Assembly (NCBI GenBank): GCA_029932765.1
Contig: JAOZPM010000001.1
Span: forward strand, 34,089 to 98,088
DNA: 64,000 nucleotides
From: Bacteroidales bacterium
Lineage (GTDB): Bacteria > Bacteroidota > Bacteroidia > Bacteroidales > UBA1556
Direction of reading: 5' to 3'
Positions 57,631 through 64,000 of the stretch are shown piece after piece (positions within the stretch are counted from its first letter, which is position 1; every line of letters begins with the position of its first letter). The notes under the pieces are model-generated. The model saw nothing but the letters and a program-made list of their open reading frames with translations, did no database searches and was not told where the DNA came from. Made by a program: the position numbers and the translations under genes.

Positions 57631-58761
57631 CTAATTATCTTTTAGAAAGCTCATAAATTTACGCTTATTACTCAATGGCGGTATAGAAGGTCGTCCAAGA
57701 TTTTTTCTTGAACCAATTTTTACTCTCACTTCTATTAATGAGGGGCCATCGCTCTCTCTAACCTCTTCAAATGCCTTATTAAATGATTCTATATCACTTA
57801 CAGTTATTGCATATTTATAATTGTTAGCCTTTGCCAATTTAGGAATATCAATATCAAAGCCAACTGTGGCTTGGCCTCCAACCGATTCGTGAGCGCCATT
57901 ATTAATAATAATATGGATTAAATTACTAGGGTTAGCTTTACCAATAATAGCCATTGAACCCATATGCATTAATAATGCTCCGTCACCATCAATACATACA
58001 ACTTCTGTATTTGGCTTTGTAATGGCAACACCAAGAGCTATCTGACTAGCATGTCCCATAGAACCTACCGTTAGAAAATCTCTATCATGGTTTTGATCTA
58101 TCTTATCTCTATATTCAAACAATTCGCGAGAAGTTTTGCCAGTGGTAGAAACTATTACCTCACTCCCATTCTGCTTATCTACAATGGCTTTAATAACATC
58201 CTCACGGCTTAGTTTATACTCTGTTTCTATTTTTGAATTCATAGAGTATTTTTCGAATGTATCTTTACGAACCACAATGGCAAAAGGACTTGAGCTTTGC
58301 GAAATTTGCAAAACTGCCATATTTAATTGCAGAATTGCCTCATTCTCATCAGGACTTAATACCACATATGGAATTTGAGCTGCTTCTAAAAATGCAATTG
58401 TCTGTGCACCCTGTGCAATATGCTGTGGTTCATCCTTAATATTAGGTTCGCCACGCCAGCCTATCATAAGCAACATAGGAATTCTATATACCGCCTCACT
58501 CGTGAGCGACATTAGTGGATTTATGGCATTCCCAAAACCTGAGTTCTGCATATATACCATTGGAATTTTTCTGCTTGCCATATGATAACCCGCTGCCAAA
58601 GCAATTGCATTACCTTCATTTGCAGCAATTATATGATTACTATCATCAGTATTATCAGATATATATGAGCATATTTCCTTTAATAGTGAATCTGGCACTC
58701 CCGTAAAAAATTCAATATTATTTTCCTTTAATTTTAGGAAAAACTTCTCTGTATTAATCAT
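57631..58761 (-). CDS. aepY: Phosphonopyruvate decarboxylase (ThDP-dependent)
   Basis: 376 aa. The N-terminus FFTGVPDSLLKE and the ThDP motif GDGALLMHMGS...IIINNGAHES are typical of Ppd/AepY/Fom2. Confidence 0.85.
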   Translation of the reverse strand: MINTEKFFLKLKENNIEFFTGVPDSLLKEICSYISDNTDDSNHIIAANEGNAIALAAGYHMASRKIPMVYMQNSGFGNAINPLMSLTSEAVYRIPMLLMIGWRGEPNIKDEPQHIAQGAQTIAFLEAAQIPYVVLSPDENEAILQLNMAVLQISQSSSPFAIVVRKDTFEKYSMNSKIETEYKLSREDVIKAIVDKQNGSEVIVSTTGKTSRELFEYRDKIDQNHDRDFLTVGSMGHASQIALGVAITKPNTEVVCIDGDGALLMHMGSMAIIGKANPSNLIHIIINNGAHESVGGQATVGFDIDIPKLAKANNYKYAITVSDIESFNKAFEEVRESDGPSLIEVRVKIGSRKNLGRPSIPPLSNKRKFMSFLKDN

Positions 58762-60077
58762 TATTTAGTTCCTGGAATTAAGTTTAATATTTCTTTTATT
58801 GACATACATTTATCATCAACTTCTAGTGAACGTTCATTTTTTAGAATACTCTCTGCTGTTTCCATCATTGCAGGGTAAGCGCTTCGTAATAAATGATTTG
58901 CATAAATAACAATGTTTACTCCAGCATCACTTAATTGCTGCTCTGTAAAATGATTATAACTTGAAGGAACAGCTACCAAAGGCACATTTCCATCTATCTT
59001 CTTATATCTATTGCAAAACTCCATTATCTCCTCACCATCCTTCTCCTTACTATGAATCATAATTGCATCAGCACCAGCCCCTATATAAGCTTTAGCTCTT
59101 TTAATAGCATCATCATTTCCTTGATTAAGTATAAGGCTCTCTATACGAGCTATTATCATAAAATCCTTGGTTACCTGAGCCCTTTTACCAGCAGATATTT
59201 TCTCACAAAACTTCTCAATAGTATCCTGAGTTTGTGCTACGTCTGTTCCAAAAAGTGAATTTTTCTTTAAGCCTGTTTTATCTTCAATAATAACTGCCGA
59301 AACACCTAATCTTTCAAGCGTTCTAACAGTAAAAACAAAATGTTCAGGAATACCGCCAGTATCGCCATCATAAATAATTGGCTTAGTGGTTACTTCAAGA
59401 ATATCATTTAAACCATGTAAGCGCGAAGTCACGTCAACTGCCTCAATATCCGGCTTTCCCTTAGCTGTAGAGTCCGTTAAACTACTAAGCCACATTGCAT
59501 CAAATTCTCTTTTTGCTCCATCTTTATTTACAAATGCATTCTCAACAATAAGTCCCGTAAGACCATTATGAGCTTCCATTACTTTCACTATTGATTTTGC
59601 ATCAATTAATCGTCGCAATTTCGACATGCGAACTTCTGGCGTAGTTCCAATCTCTTTTATCGATTGAATAAGTTGTGTTGATGAAATACCCTTAGTATAT
59701 GGCACTTCGTACAACTCTCCTCCCCATTGTTTTAGTGTATCAATTACATTCTGGCGAGTCTTTTGTTGAACACCATTTTTCCAATCATCGCCATGAACAA
59801 CATAATTAGGTTTCAATTCAATAAGGTTATTTGTATAATCAAGCTCATTTTGAGGCACTACTTTACTAACACCTTTAATGCTTTCTACAACAATTTTTCT
59901 TTGCTCATATTTTAATGCAGGAAGTCGTTTATAGCTCGCAATTGCTTTATCAGTTAATAAGCCAATTGTTACTACTCCCAACATACTTGCTTCCTTTATT
60001 ATATTAAGGTGTCCAGGGTGAATTAAGTCTGCACTCATCCCCACATATACTGTTTTATTTGCCATAGTTATTGTCAT
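58761..60077 (-). CDS. aepX: Bifunctional cytidylyltransferase - phosphoenolpyruvate mutase (Fom1-like architecture)
   Basis: 438 aa. The N-terminal ~135 aa carry the HxGH nucleotidyltransferase motif ([15 protein letters not shown]). The C-terminal domain carries the PepM signature [10 protein letters not shown] (EDKxxxxxNS, nt 59256-59285). An alternative ATG lies at 60065. Confidence 0.85.
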   Translation of the reverse strand: MTITMANKTVYVGMSADLIHPGHLNIIKEASMLGVVTIGLLTDKAIASYKRLPALKYEQRKIVVESIKGVSKVVPQNELDYTNNLIELKPNYVVHGDDWKNGVQQKTRQNVIDTLKQWGGELYEVPYTKGISSTQLIQSIKEIGTTPEVRMSKLRRLIDAKSIVKVMEAHNGLTGLIVENAFVNKDGAKREFDAMWLSSLTDSTAKGKPDIEAVDVTSRLHGLNDILEVTTKPIIYDGDTGGIPEHFVFTVRTLERLGVSAVIIEDKTGLKKNSLFGTDVAQTQDTIEKFCEKISAGKRAQVTKDFMIIARIESLILNQGNDDAIKRAKAYIGAGADAIMIHSKEKDGEEIMEFCNRYKKIDGNVPLVAVPSSYNHFTEQQLSDAGVNIVIYANHLLRSAYPAMMETAESILKNERSLEVDDKCMSIKEILNLIPGTK

Positions 60078-60090
60078 AAATCATAAAAAA

Positions 60091-60098
60091 CAAAATTA
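60091..60098 (-). promoter_or_regulatory. Minus-strand -7 box (CAAAATTA = rc TAATTTTG) upstream of the phosphonate operon; a second candidate CAAATCTA at 60114-60121
   Basis: Exact TAnnTTTG matches on the minus strand, in the 167-bp divergent spacer shared with ppa. Confidence 0.35.
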
Positions 60099-60216
60099 GC
60101 ATTTTTATATACGCAAATCTAATTTAGTTTATTGTATTAGAGTGTCTGAAAAGTAAATATCTACAATCATTTTTATTAATTAAACATACTAAATGTATAA
60201 GACTATAATTTTTTAC

Positions 60217-60224
60217 TATTTTTG
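60217..60224 (+). promoter_or_regulatory. -7 box TATTTTTG upstream of ppa
   Basis: Exact TAnnTTTG, 20 nt upstream of the ATG at 60245. Confidence 0.4.
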
Positions 60225-60244
60225 TATAAATCAAATATAACGAT

Positions 60245-60919
60245 ATGAATTCAAACAAATTAATGGATCCCATTGGAAAATTAATGGGATTAAGATATAA
60301 ATCGCATCCATGGCATGGTGTTGATATTGGTCCTGAGAGCCCTGATGTTATTACTTGTTTTGTAGAAATGGTACCTACCGATACTGTAAAATATGAAGTT
60401 GATAAGGCTTCTGGATATTTAATTATAGATAGGCCACAGAAATACTCTAACGTTATTCCGGCACTATATGGCTTTATACCACAAACGTATAGCGATGAAA
60501 GTGTTGCCGAATATTGTATGGAGAAATCTGGTAAAAAAGGCATCAAAGGAGATCAAGACCCTATAGATATTTGTATCCTTACAGAAAAAGTAATTAGTCA
60601 TGGCGATATCTTAGTGAAAGCTAAACCTATTGGGGGATTTAGAATGATTGATGATAACGAATCTGACGATAAGATTGTTGCCGTGCTTCGCAATGATGCT
60701 TTATATGCAGGATTTAATGATATATCAGAAATTCCTGAGACTGTTATTAATAGACTTAAGCACTATTTTCTAACTTATAAAGATCTCCCTGGTAATAAGA
60801 AAGAAGTTGAGATCACTCACACCTTTGGTAAAGAAGAAGCTTTGGAAATAATTGTTAGGTCACAAAAAGATTATCAAGATAAATTTGAAAAACTTGGTAA
60901 TTTGCTAAGTAGCGTATAA
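60245..60919 (+). CDS. ppa: Inorganic pyrophosphatase (family I)
   Basis: 224 aa. Motifs HPWHG, YEVDK..G, DQDPIDICIL and DDKIVAV. Confidence 0.88.
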   Translation: MNSNKLMDPIGKLMGLRYKSHPWHGVDIGPESPDVITCFVEMVPTDTVKYEVDKASGYLIIDRPQKYSNVIPALYGFIPQTYSDESVAEYCMEKSGKKGIKGDQDPIDICILTEKVISHGDILVKAKPIGGFRMIDDNESDDKIVAVLRNDALYAGFNDISEIPETVINRLKHYFLTYKDLPGNKKEVEITHTFGKEEALEIIVRSQKDYQDKFEKLGNLLSSV

Positions 60920-60933
60920 AATACTTATTACAA

Positions 60934-60973
60934 GAAAACACCAGGTATTAACTAACAACTATCTGGTGTTTTC
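60934..60973 (+). terminator. Candidate intrinsic terminator after ppa
   Basis: 11-bp stem gaaaacaccag / ctggtgttttc with an 18-nt loop, followed by tttc. The large loop lowers confidence. Confidence 0.45.
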
Positions 60974-61027
60974 TTTCTAAAATAACTAAATGCATATTTG
61001 CTTTATTAATAAACTACCCTATTTATT

Positions 61028-62869
61028 ATGAAAAATATTTTATTATCTTTTATTGTTTTATTTATTTTTTCTATTAATTCTGAAGCTCAATTAAATATGG
61101 TTTCGGGAATAAAAGGAGAAACATATAATCAATTTGCTCAAGACATTGATAATAATACTGGTGTTAAACTAAATATTATTACATCAAAAGGTAGTATTGA
61201 AAATATCAAACTACTGGATTCCAATAATATACAACTTGCATTTCTTCAATACGATGTATTATATAATTATGGTAAAACTCATAAAAATAGTGAGGATTTC
61301 ATAAAAGTATTTTTACCATTATATAATGAGGAAATTCAACTAATAACTCTTAAAAACTCAGTTCTTAATTCTTTTTCTGATTTGGGTGGAAAAAATATTG
61401 GAATGGGTGGTATGAATTCAGGAACAAATTTTACTGCAAAATTTTTGAAAAAAATTAGTGAGCTATCATGGAAAAATATAGATATTGATGTAAATAATAG
61501 TATCGTTGCTCTTCAAAATGGAGAAATTGATGCTTTCTTCTATGTTGGTGGTGTTCCATCTAATTTTCTTGTACAATTGGATGATAGCATTAAGAGCAAT
61601 CTTAAGTTATTACCAATAGAAATGATTAATGATGAGAAGTGTTATTCTCCAGCTATTATTTATGCACGAACTTATTCGTGGCAAGATGATGAAATTGCAA
61701 CCTATTCTGTAAAAAGTGTTATTGCAGCAAACACTAAAAATATTGATAAGGAAAAGGAGAAGCTTCTTGACTCTCTTTATTTAGATTTAAAATCTAACCT
61801 TAAAGGAATTCAGCTTAATAATTTTTCGCATTCTAAATGGAAAAGCGTAGATTTTACTAACACTGACGGTGTAAATTGGGATGTTTATAAGGAAGAATAC
61901 ACAATGCAAGAAAAAGTTTTGGACGGGCTTGGATGGCTTGCTGCGATTTTAAGTTTCTTTCAAATTTATTTTATTGTAAACAAACTTTGGAAACGAAAGC
62001 ATGAGCAATTAGTTGCTGAGAGTATTTCTATTTCTGCAATGTTTATTAGTCTTTTTATAAATATTTTGTTTGGAATTAAGAATATTGGTGGTGGTGGTTA
62101 TGCTCAACTATCAGGAAATGTATTGTGGGTACTTGCTAGTACTATCAGCTTGTTAATTGGTATTGGTCTTTTTATGAATGCTAATAAAAAAGTGAGTTTC
62201 TTTAAACTACTATTAAGAGCATTAAATATGGAGCGCAAGGAAGCTGGAGATTTGGCAAAGAGCCTATTCCAACCTTCTGCTGCCGATAAAATTATAATTA
62301 TTCTTGGGCGTTTAGCCATGATAGATAACGACCTTGATGATCTTGAAAAGAAGTATATTCAGGAGTTTGCTGATAATTGGCATATAGAAATAGATTGGGA
62401 TGAAATTCATAAATATGAGGACCACTCTAGTGATAAATATAATAAGTTGCGCGATAGTGTACACCAATATCTTAAGAGCTCTCCCCCAAAAGAGCAAGCC
62501 TCTAACTTAATTGATGTTATAAGTCTATTGATAAATGCTGATGGTGTTGTTTCTAAAGAAGAATCTATTATGGAAGCTGAACTTACGGGTATTATTCTTA
62601 AATATCTTGGAAAAGATGATGAGATTGATATTTTTAAAGTAGCTGTAGTTCCCCAAAATGATGAACAAGAAAATGCAGTACAATCACGATTTAATGAACT
62701 TACTAAGGTAGAGATTGCTGGTGGTTATGCTTATTTATCAGAGAACTTTCACTCAGAAAAATATGCTGAAGAAGTATCGAAGCAATACCGTAGTTTTAAT
62801 GTCTTTTCGTTGGTATTTAACCCACGCACAGTAAGTGATTATAGTGAGTTGTTGAATAGTGAAAAATAG
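61028..62869 (+). CDS. Fusion protein: secreted TAXI-type (TRAP-associated) solute-binding domain + 3 TM helices + cytoplasmic TerB-like domain
   Basis: 613 aa with a signal peptide. GSIENIKLLDSNNIQLAFLQYDVLY resembles TAXI receptors. Three TMs lie at about aa 300-390. Two TerB-like half-motifs are present (IIILGRLAMIDNDLDDLEKKYI and LIDVISLLINADGVVSKEES). All calls are by eye. Confidence 0.5.
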   Translation: MKNILLSFIVLFIFSINSEAQLNMVSGIKGETYNQFAQDIDNNTGVKLNIITSKGSIENIKLLDSNNIQLAFLQYDVLYNYGKTHKNSEDFIKVFLPLYNEEIQLITLKNSVLNSFSDLGGKNIGMGGMNSGTNFTAKFLKKISELSWKNIDIDVNNSIVALQNGEIDAFFYVGGVPSNFLVQLDDSIKSNLKLLPIEMINDEKCYSPAIIYARTYSWQDDEIATYSVKSVIAANTKNIDKEKEKLLDSLYLDLKSNLKGIQLNNFSHSKWKSVDFTNTDGVNWDVYKEEYTMQEKVLDGLGWLAAILSFFQIYFIVNKLWKRKHEQLVAESISISAMFISLFINILFGIKNIGGGGYAQLSGNVLWVLASTISLLIGIGLFMNANKKVSFFKLLLRALNMERKEAGDLAKSLFQPSAADKIIIILGRLAMIDNDLDDLEKKYIQEFADNWHIEIDWDEIHKYEDHSSDKYNKLRDSVHQYLKSSPPKEQASNLIDVISLLINADGVVSKEESIMEAELTGIILKYLGKDDEIDIFKVAVVPQNDEQENAVQSRFNELTKVEIAGGYAYLSENFHSEKYAEEVSKQYRSFNVFSLVFNPRTVSDYSELLNSEK

Positions 62870-62870
62870 T

Positions 62871-62878
62871 TACTTTTG
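62871..62878 (+). promoter_or_regulatory. -7 box TACTTTTG upstream of tsaB
   Basis: Exact TAnnTTTG, 2 nt after the upstream stop codon and 27 nt before the ATG at 62906. Confidence 0.4.
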
Positions 62879-62905
62879 CCAACCAATATTAAGATAAATT
62901 GAATA

Positions 62906-63601
62906 ATGATATACATTCTCAATATAGAAACATCTACTAAAGTTTGCGGTGTTAGCTTAAGCAAAAATGGAATATTAATTGATTCTAAGGAAAGTTATGA
63001 GGATAACTCACATTCGGCAAACCTCGCTCCTTTTATTGATATAATAATGAAAAGAAATGATTTAGAATATTCTCAACTTTCTGCAATAGCAATAAGCAAA
63101 GGTCCAGGATCATATACTGGATTACGCATTGGCACATCCACTGCCAAGGGCTTATGTTTTGCTTTGGATATTCCTCTTATTGCAGTTGGTACTCTTAATA
63201 GTATGACTGCTCATGCAAAAAATGTATATGATAGTAATTTTGACGGGAATTTTCGTCCGATGATTGATGCTCGAAGAATGGAAGTTTATTCTCAAAATTT
63301 TGACAACAACTCTAATAGTTTGGATAATGTGAAGGCTGTTATTATTGATGATAATTCTTTTATTGAGGAATTGCAAAACCATAAAATACTCTTCTTTGGC
63401 GATGGTGCAATGAAATGTGCAGAAACTATTACTCATAAAAATGCTATATTCTATACTGACACTCAAGCTAGTGCATTAGGTATGATTGAATTATCTTATG
63501 AAGCATTTCAGAACAAAGACTTTGAAGACCTTGCTTATTTCGAGCCTTTTTACTTGAAAGAATTTATTGCGGCAGTATCTAAAGTTAAAGGTTTGAGGTA
63601 G
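62906..63601 (+). CDS. tsaB: tRNA threonylcarbamoyladenosine biosynthesis protein TsaB
   Basis: 231 aa. ILNIETSTKVCGVSL and GPGSYTGLRIG motifs. Confidence 0.85.
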   Translation: MIYILNIETSTKVCGVSLSKNGILIDSKESYEDNSHSANLAPFIDIIMKRNDLEYSQLSAIAISKGPGSYTGLRIGTSTAKGLCFALDIPLIAVGTLNSMTAHAKNVYDSNFDGNFRPMIDARRMEVYSQNFDNNSNSLDNVKAVIIDDNSFIEELQNHKILFFGDGAMKCAETITHKNAIFYTDTQASALGMIELSYEAFQNKDFEDLAYFEPFYLKEFIAAVSKVKGLR

Positions 63602-63672
63602 ATTTTTAAAACTTATTTCTCTATTTTCAGAGAATACAATATTAAAGAATAATTATAAAACTAAAATAAACA

Positions 63673-64000
63673 ATGTATATTTCAGAAACAAAAATTAGAG
63701 TACGGTATTCCGAAACAGATCAAATGGGATATGTATACTATGGCAATTACCCTGCTTTTTATGAAGTTGGACGTACTGAAGCTCTTCGTCAAATGGGGAC
63801 TAGTTACGATGCTTTAGAAAAAGGAGGAGTAATGATGCCCGTTGCTAGCTTGAGCATAAAATATGTAAAACCAGCCAAATACGATGATTTATTAACCATA
63901 AAAACCATTGTAAAAGAATTACCACGAATGAGAATGTTCTTTAACTATGAAGTATATAATGAAGCTGGCGAATTGCTAAACATTGGAGAAACTGTTTTAG
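63673..64000 (+). CDS. Acyl-CoA thioesterase, YbgC/4HBT family (3' end outside window)
   Basis: This ORF is not in the track because it has no stop within the window. My own translation from the ATG at 63673 gives MYISETKIRVRYSETDQMGYVYYGNYPAFYEVGRTEALRQMG..., the canonical 4HBT N-terminus. Confidence 0.75.
   Translation, partial: MYISETKIRVRYSETDQMGYVYYGNYPAFYEVGRTEALRQMGTSYDALEKGGVMMPVASLSIKYVKPAKYDDLLTIKTIVKELPRMRMFFNYEVYNEAGELLNIGETVL

Noticed and set aside
52202-60077. The operon as a fosfomycin (or other phosphonate antibiotic) biosynthetic cluster
   Set aside because: Only the Fom1/Fom2/FomC-equivalent early steps are present. There is no radical-SAM methyltransferase (Fom3), no HppE-type epoxidase (Fom4), no FomD-like hydrolase and no resistance kinases. 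Envelope-type transferases occupy their place.
60124-60546. 140-aa minus-strand ORF overlapping the ppa 5' region; similar antisense ORFs at 56884-57321, 45135-45524, 42639-43019 and 20868-21233
   Set aside because: Each lies antisense within a gene that carries strong conserved motifs. They show no recognisable motifs and are typical spurious ORFs in AT-rich DNA.
1-64000. tRNA, rRNA, riboswitches, prophage, integrative elements or IS elements
   Set aside because: Every intergenic spacer longer than 150 bp was read on both strands. All are AT-rich and lack the GC-rich stems expected of tRNAs or riboswitches. No ORF resembles an integrase, transposase, or phage or conjugation protein. No computational scan could be run, so small ncRNAs cannot be excluded.

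Overview
This is a visibly AT-rich, densely packed chromosomal segment of a Bacteroidota genome, probably Flavobacteriia/Cytophagia-like. The phylum call rests on gldF-gldG gliding-motility ABC genes, a PorQ-like T9SS barrel, TPR/PD40/SPOR envelope proteins, DUF349/DUF4340-type genes and recurrent TAnnTTTG -7 promoter boxes. I count about 50 protein-coding genes. I found no rRNA or tRNA, no CRISPR, and no transposase, integrase or phage genes, so the window looks like core chromosome rather than a mobile island.

Gene content, left to right:
- an ABC-2 permease 3' end
- two glycosyltransferases and a hotdog thioesterase
- gldF-gldG-DUF4340
- a minus-strand fatty-acid beta-oxidation cluster under a MarR regulator (acyl-CoA synthetase, DUF4442, acyl-CoA dehydrogenase, thiolase, FadN-type dehydrogenase/hydratase)
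- a hypothetical pair (degenerate GH57-like protein plus a possible OM barrel)
- mpl
- an ECF sigma/anti-sigma-like pair
- a C26 amidotransferase, a PlsC-type acyltransferase, an SDR, a macro-domain protein and a GT2
- miaA and msrBA
- a 2164-aa TPR-PD40-coiled-coil-3xSPOR giant protein
- fabI, a MORN lipoprotein, OmpH and DUF349
- folA-thyA-nucleoside permease-bifunctional nuclease
- an M49 peptidase, a PorQ-like gene, and lgt with an overlapping orphan receiver
- DUF819 and an orphan divergent gene pair
- a five-gene phosphonate operon
- ppa, a TAXI-TM-TerB fusion, tsaB and a YbgC-like thioesterase 5' end

Most interesting observations:
1. A translationally coupled operon encodes a Fom1-like cytidylyltransferase-PEP-mutase fusion, phosphonopyruvate decarboxylase and an Fe-alcohol dehydrogenase, followed by a TagF-like transferase and a YidC-polytopic-sulfatase fusion. 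I predict it makes CMP-activated 2-hydroxyethylphosphonate and installs it on an envelope polymer.
2. Two unrecognisable proteins are divergently transcribed from a spacer that carries a helically phased array of TACTTAA motifs.
3. A family of 7-bp-periodic TAAGAnT repeats abuts stop codons at several gene ends, including an 18-unit tandem array.
4. The giant SPOR-terminated envelope protein.

All homology calls are by-eye motif recognition and have not been confirmed by any search.
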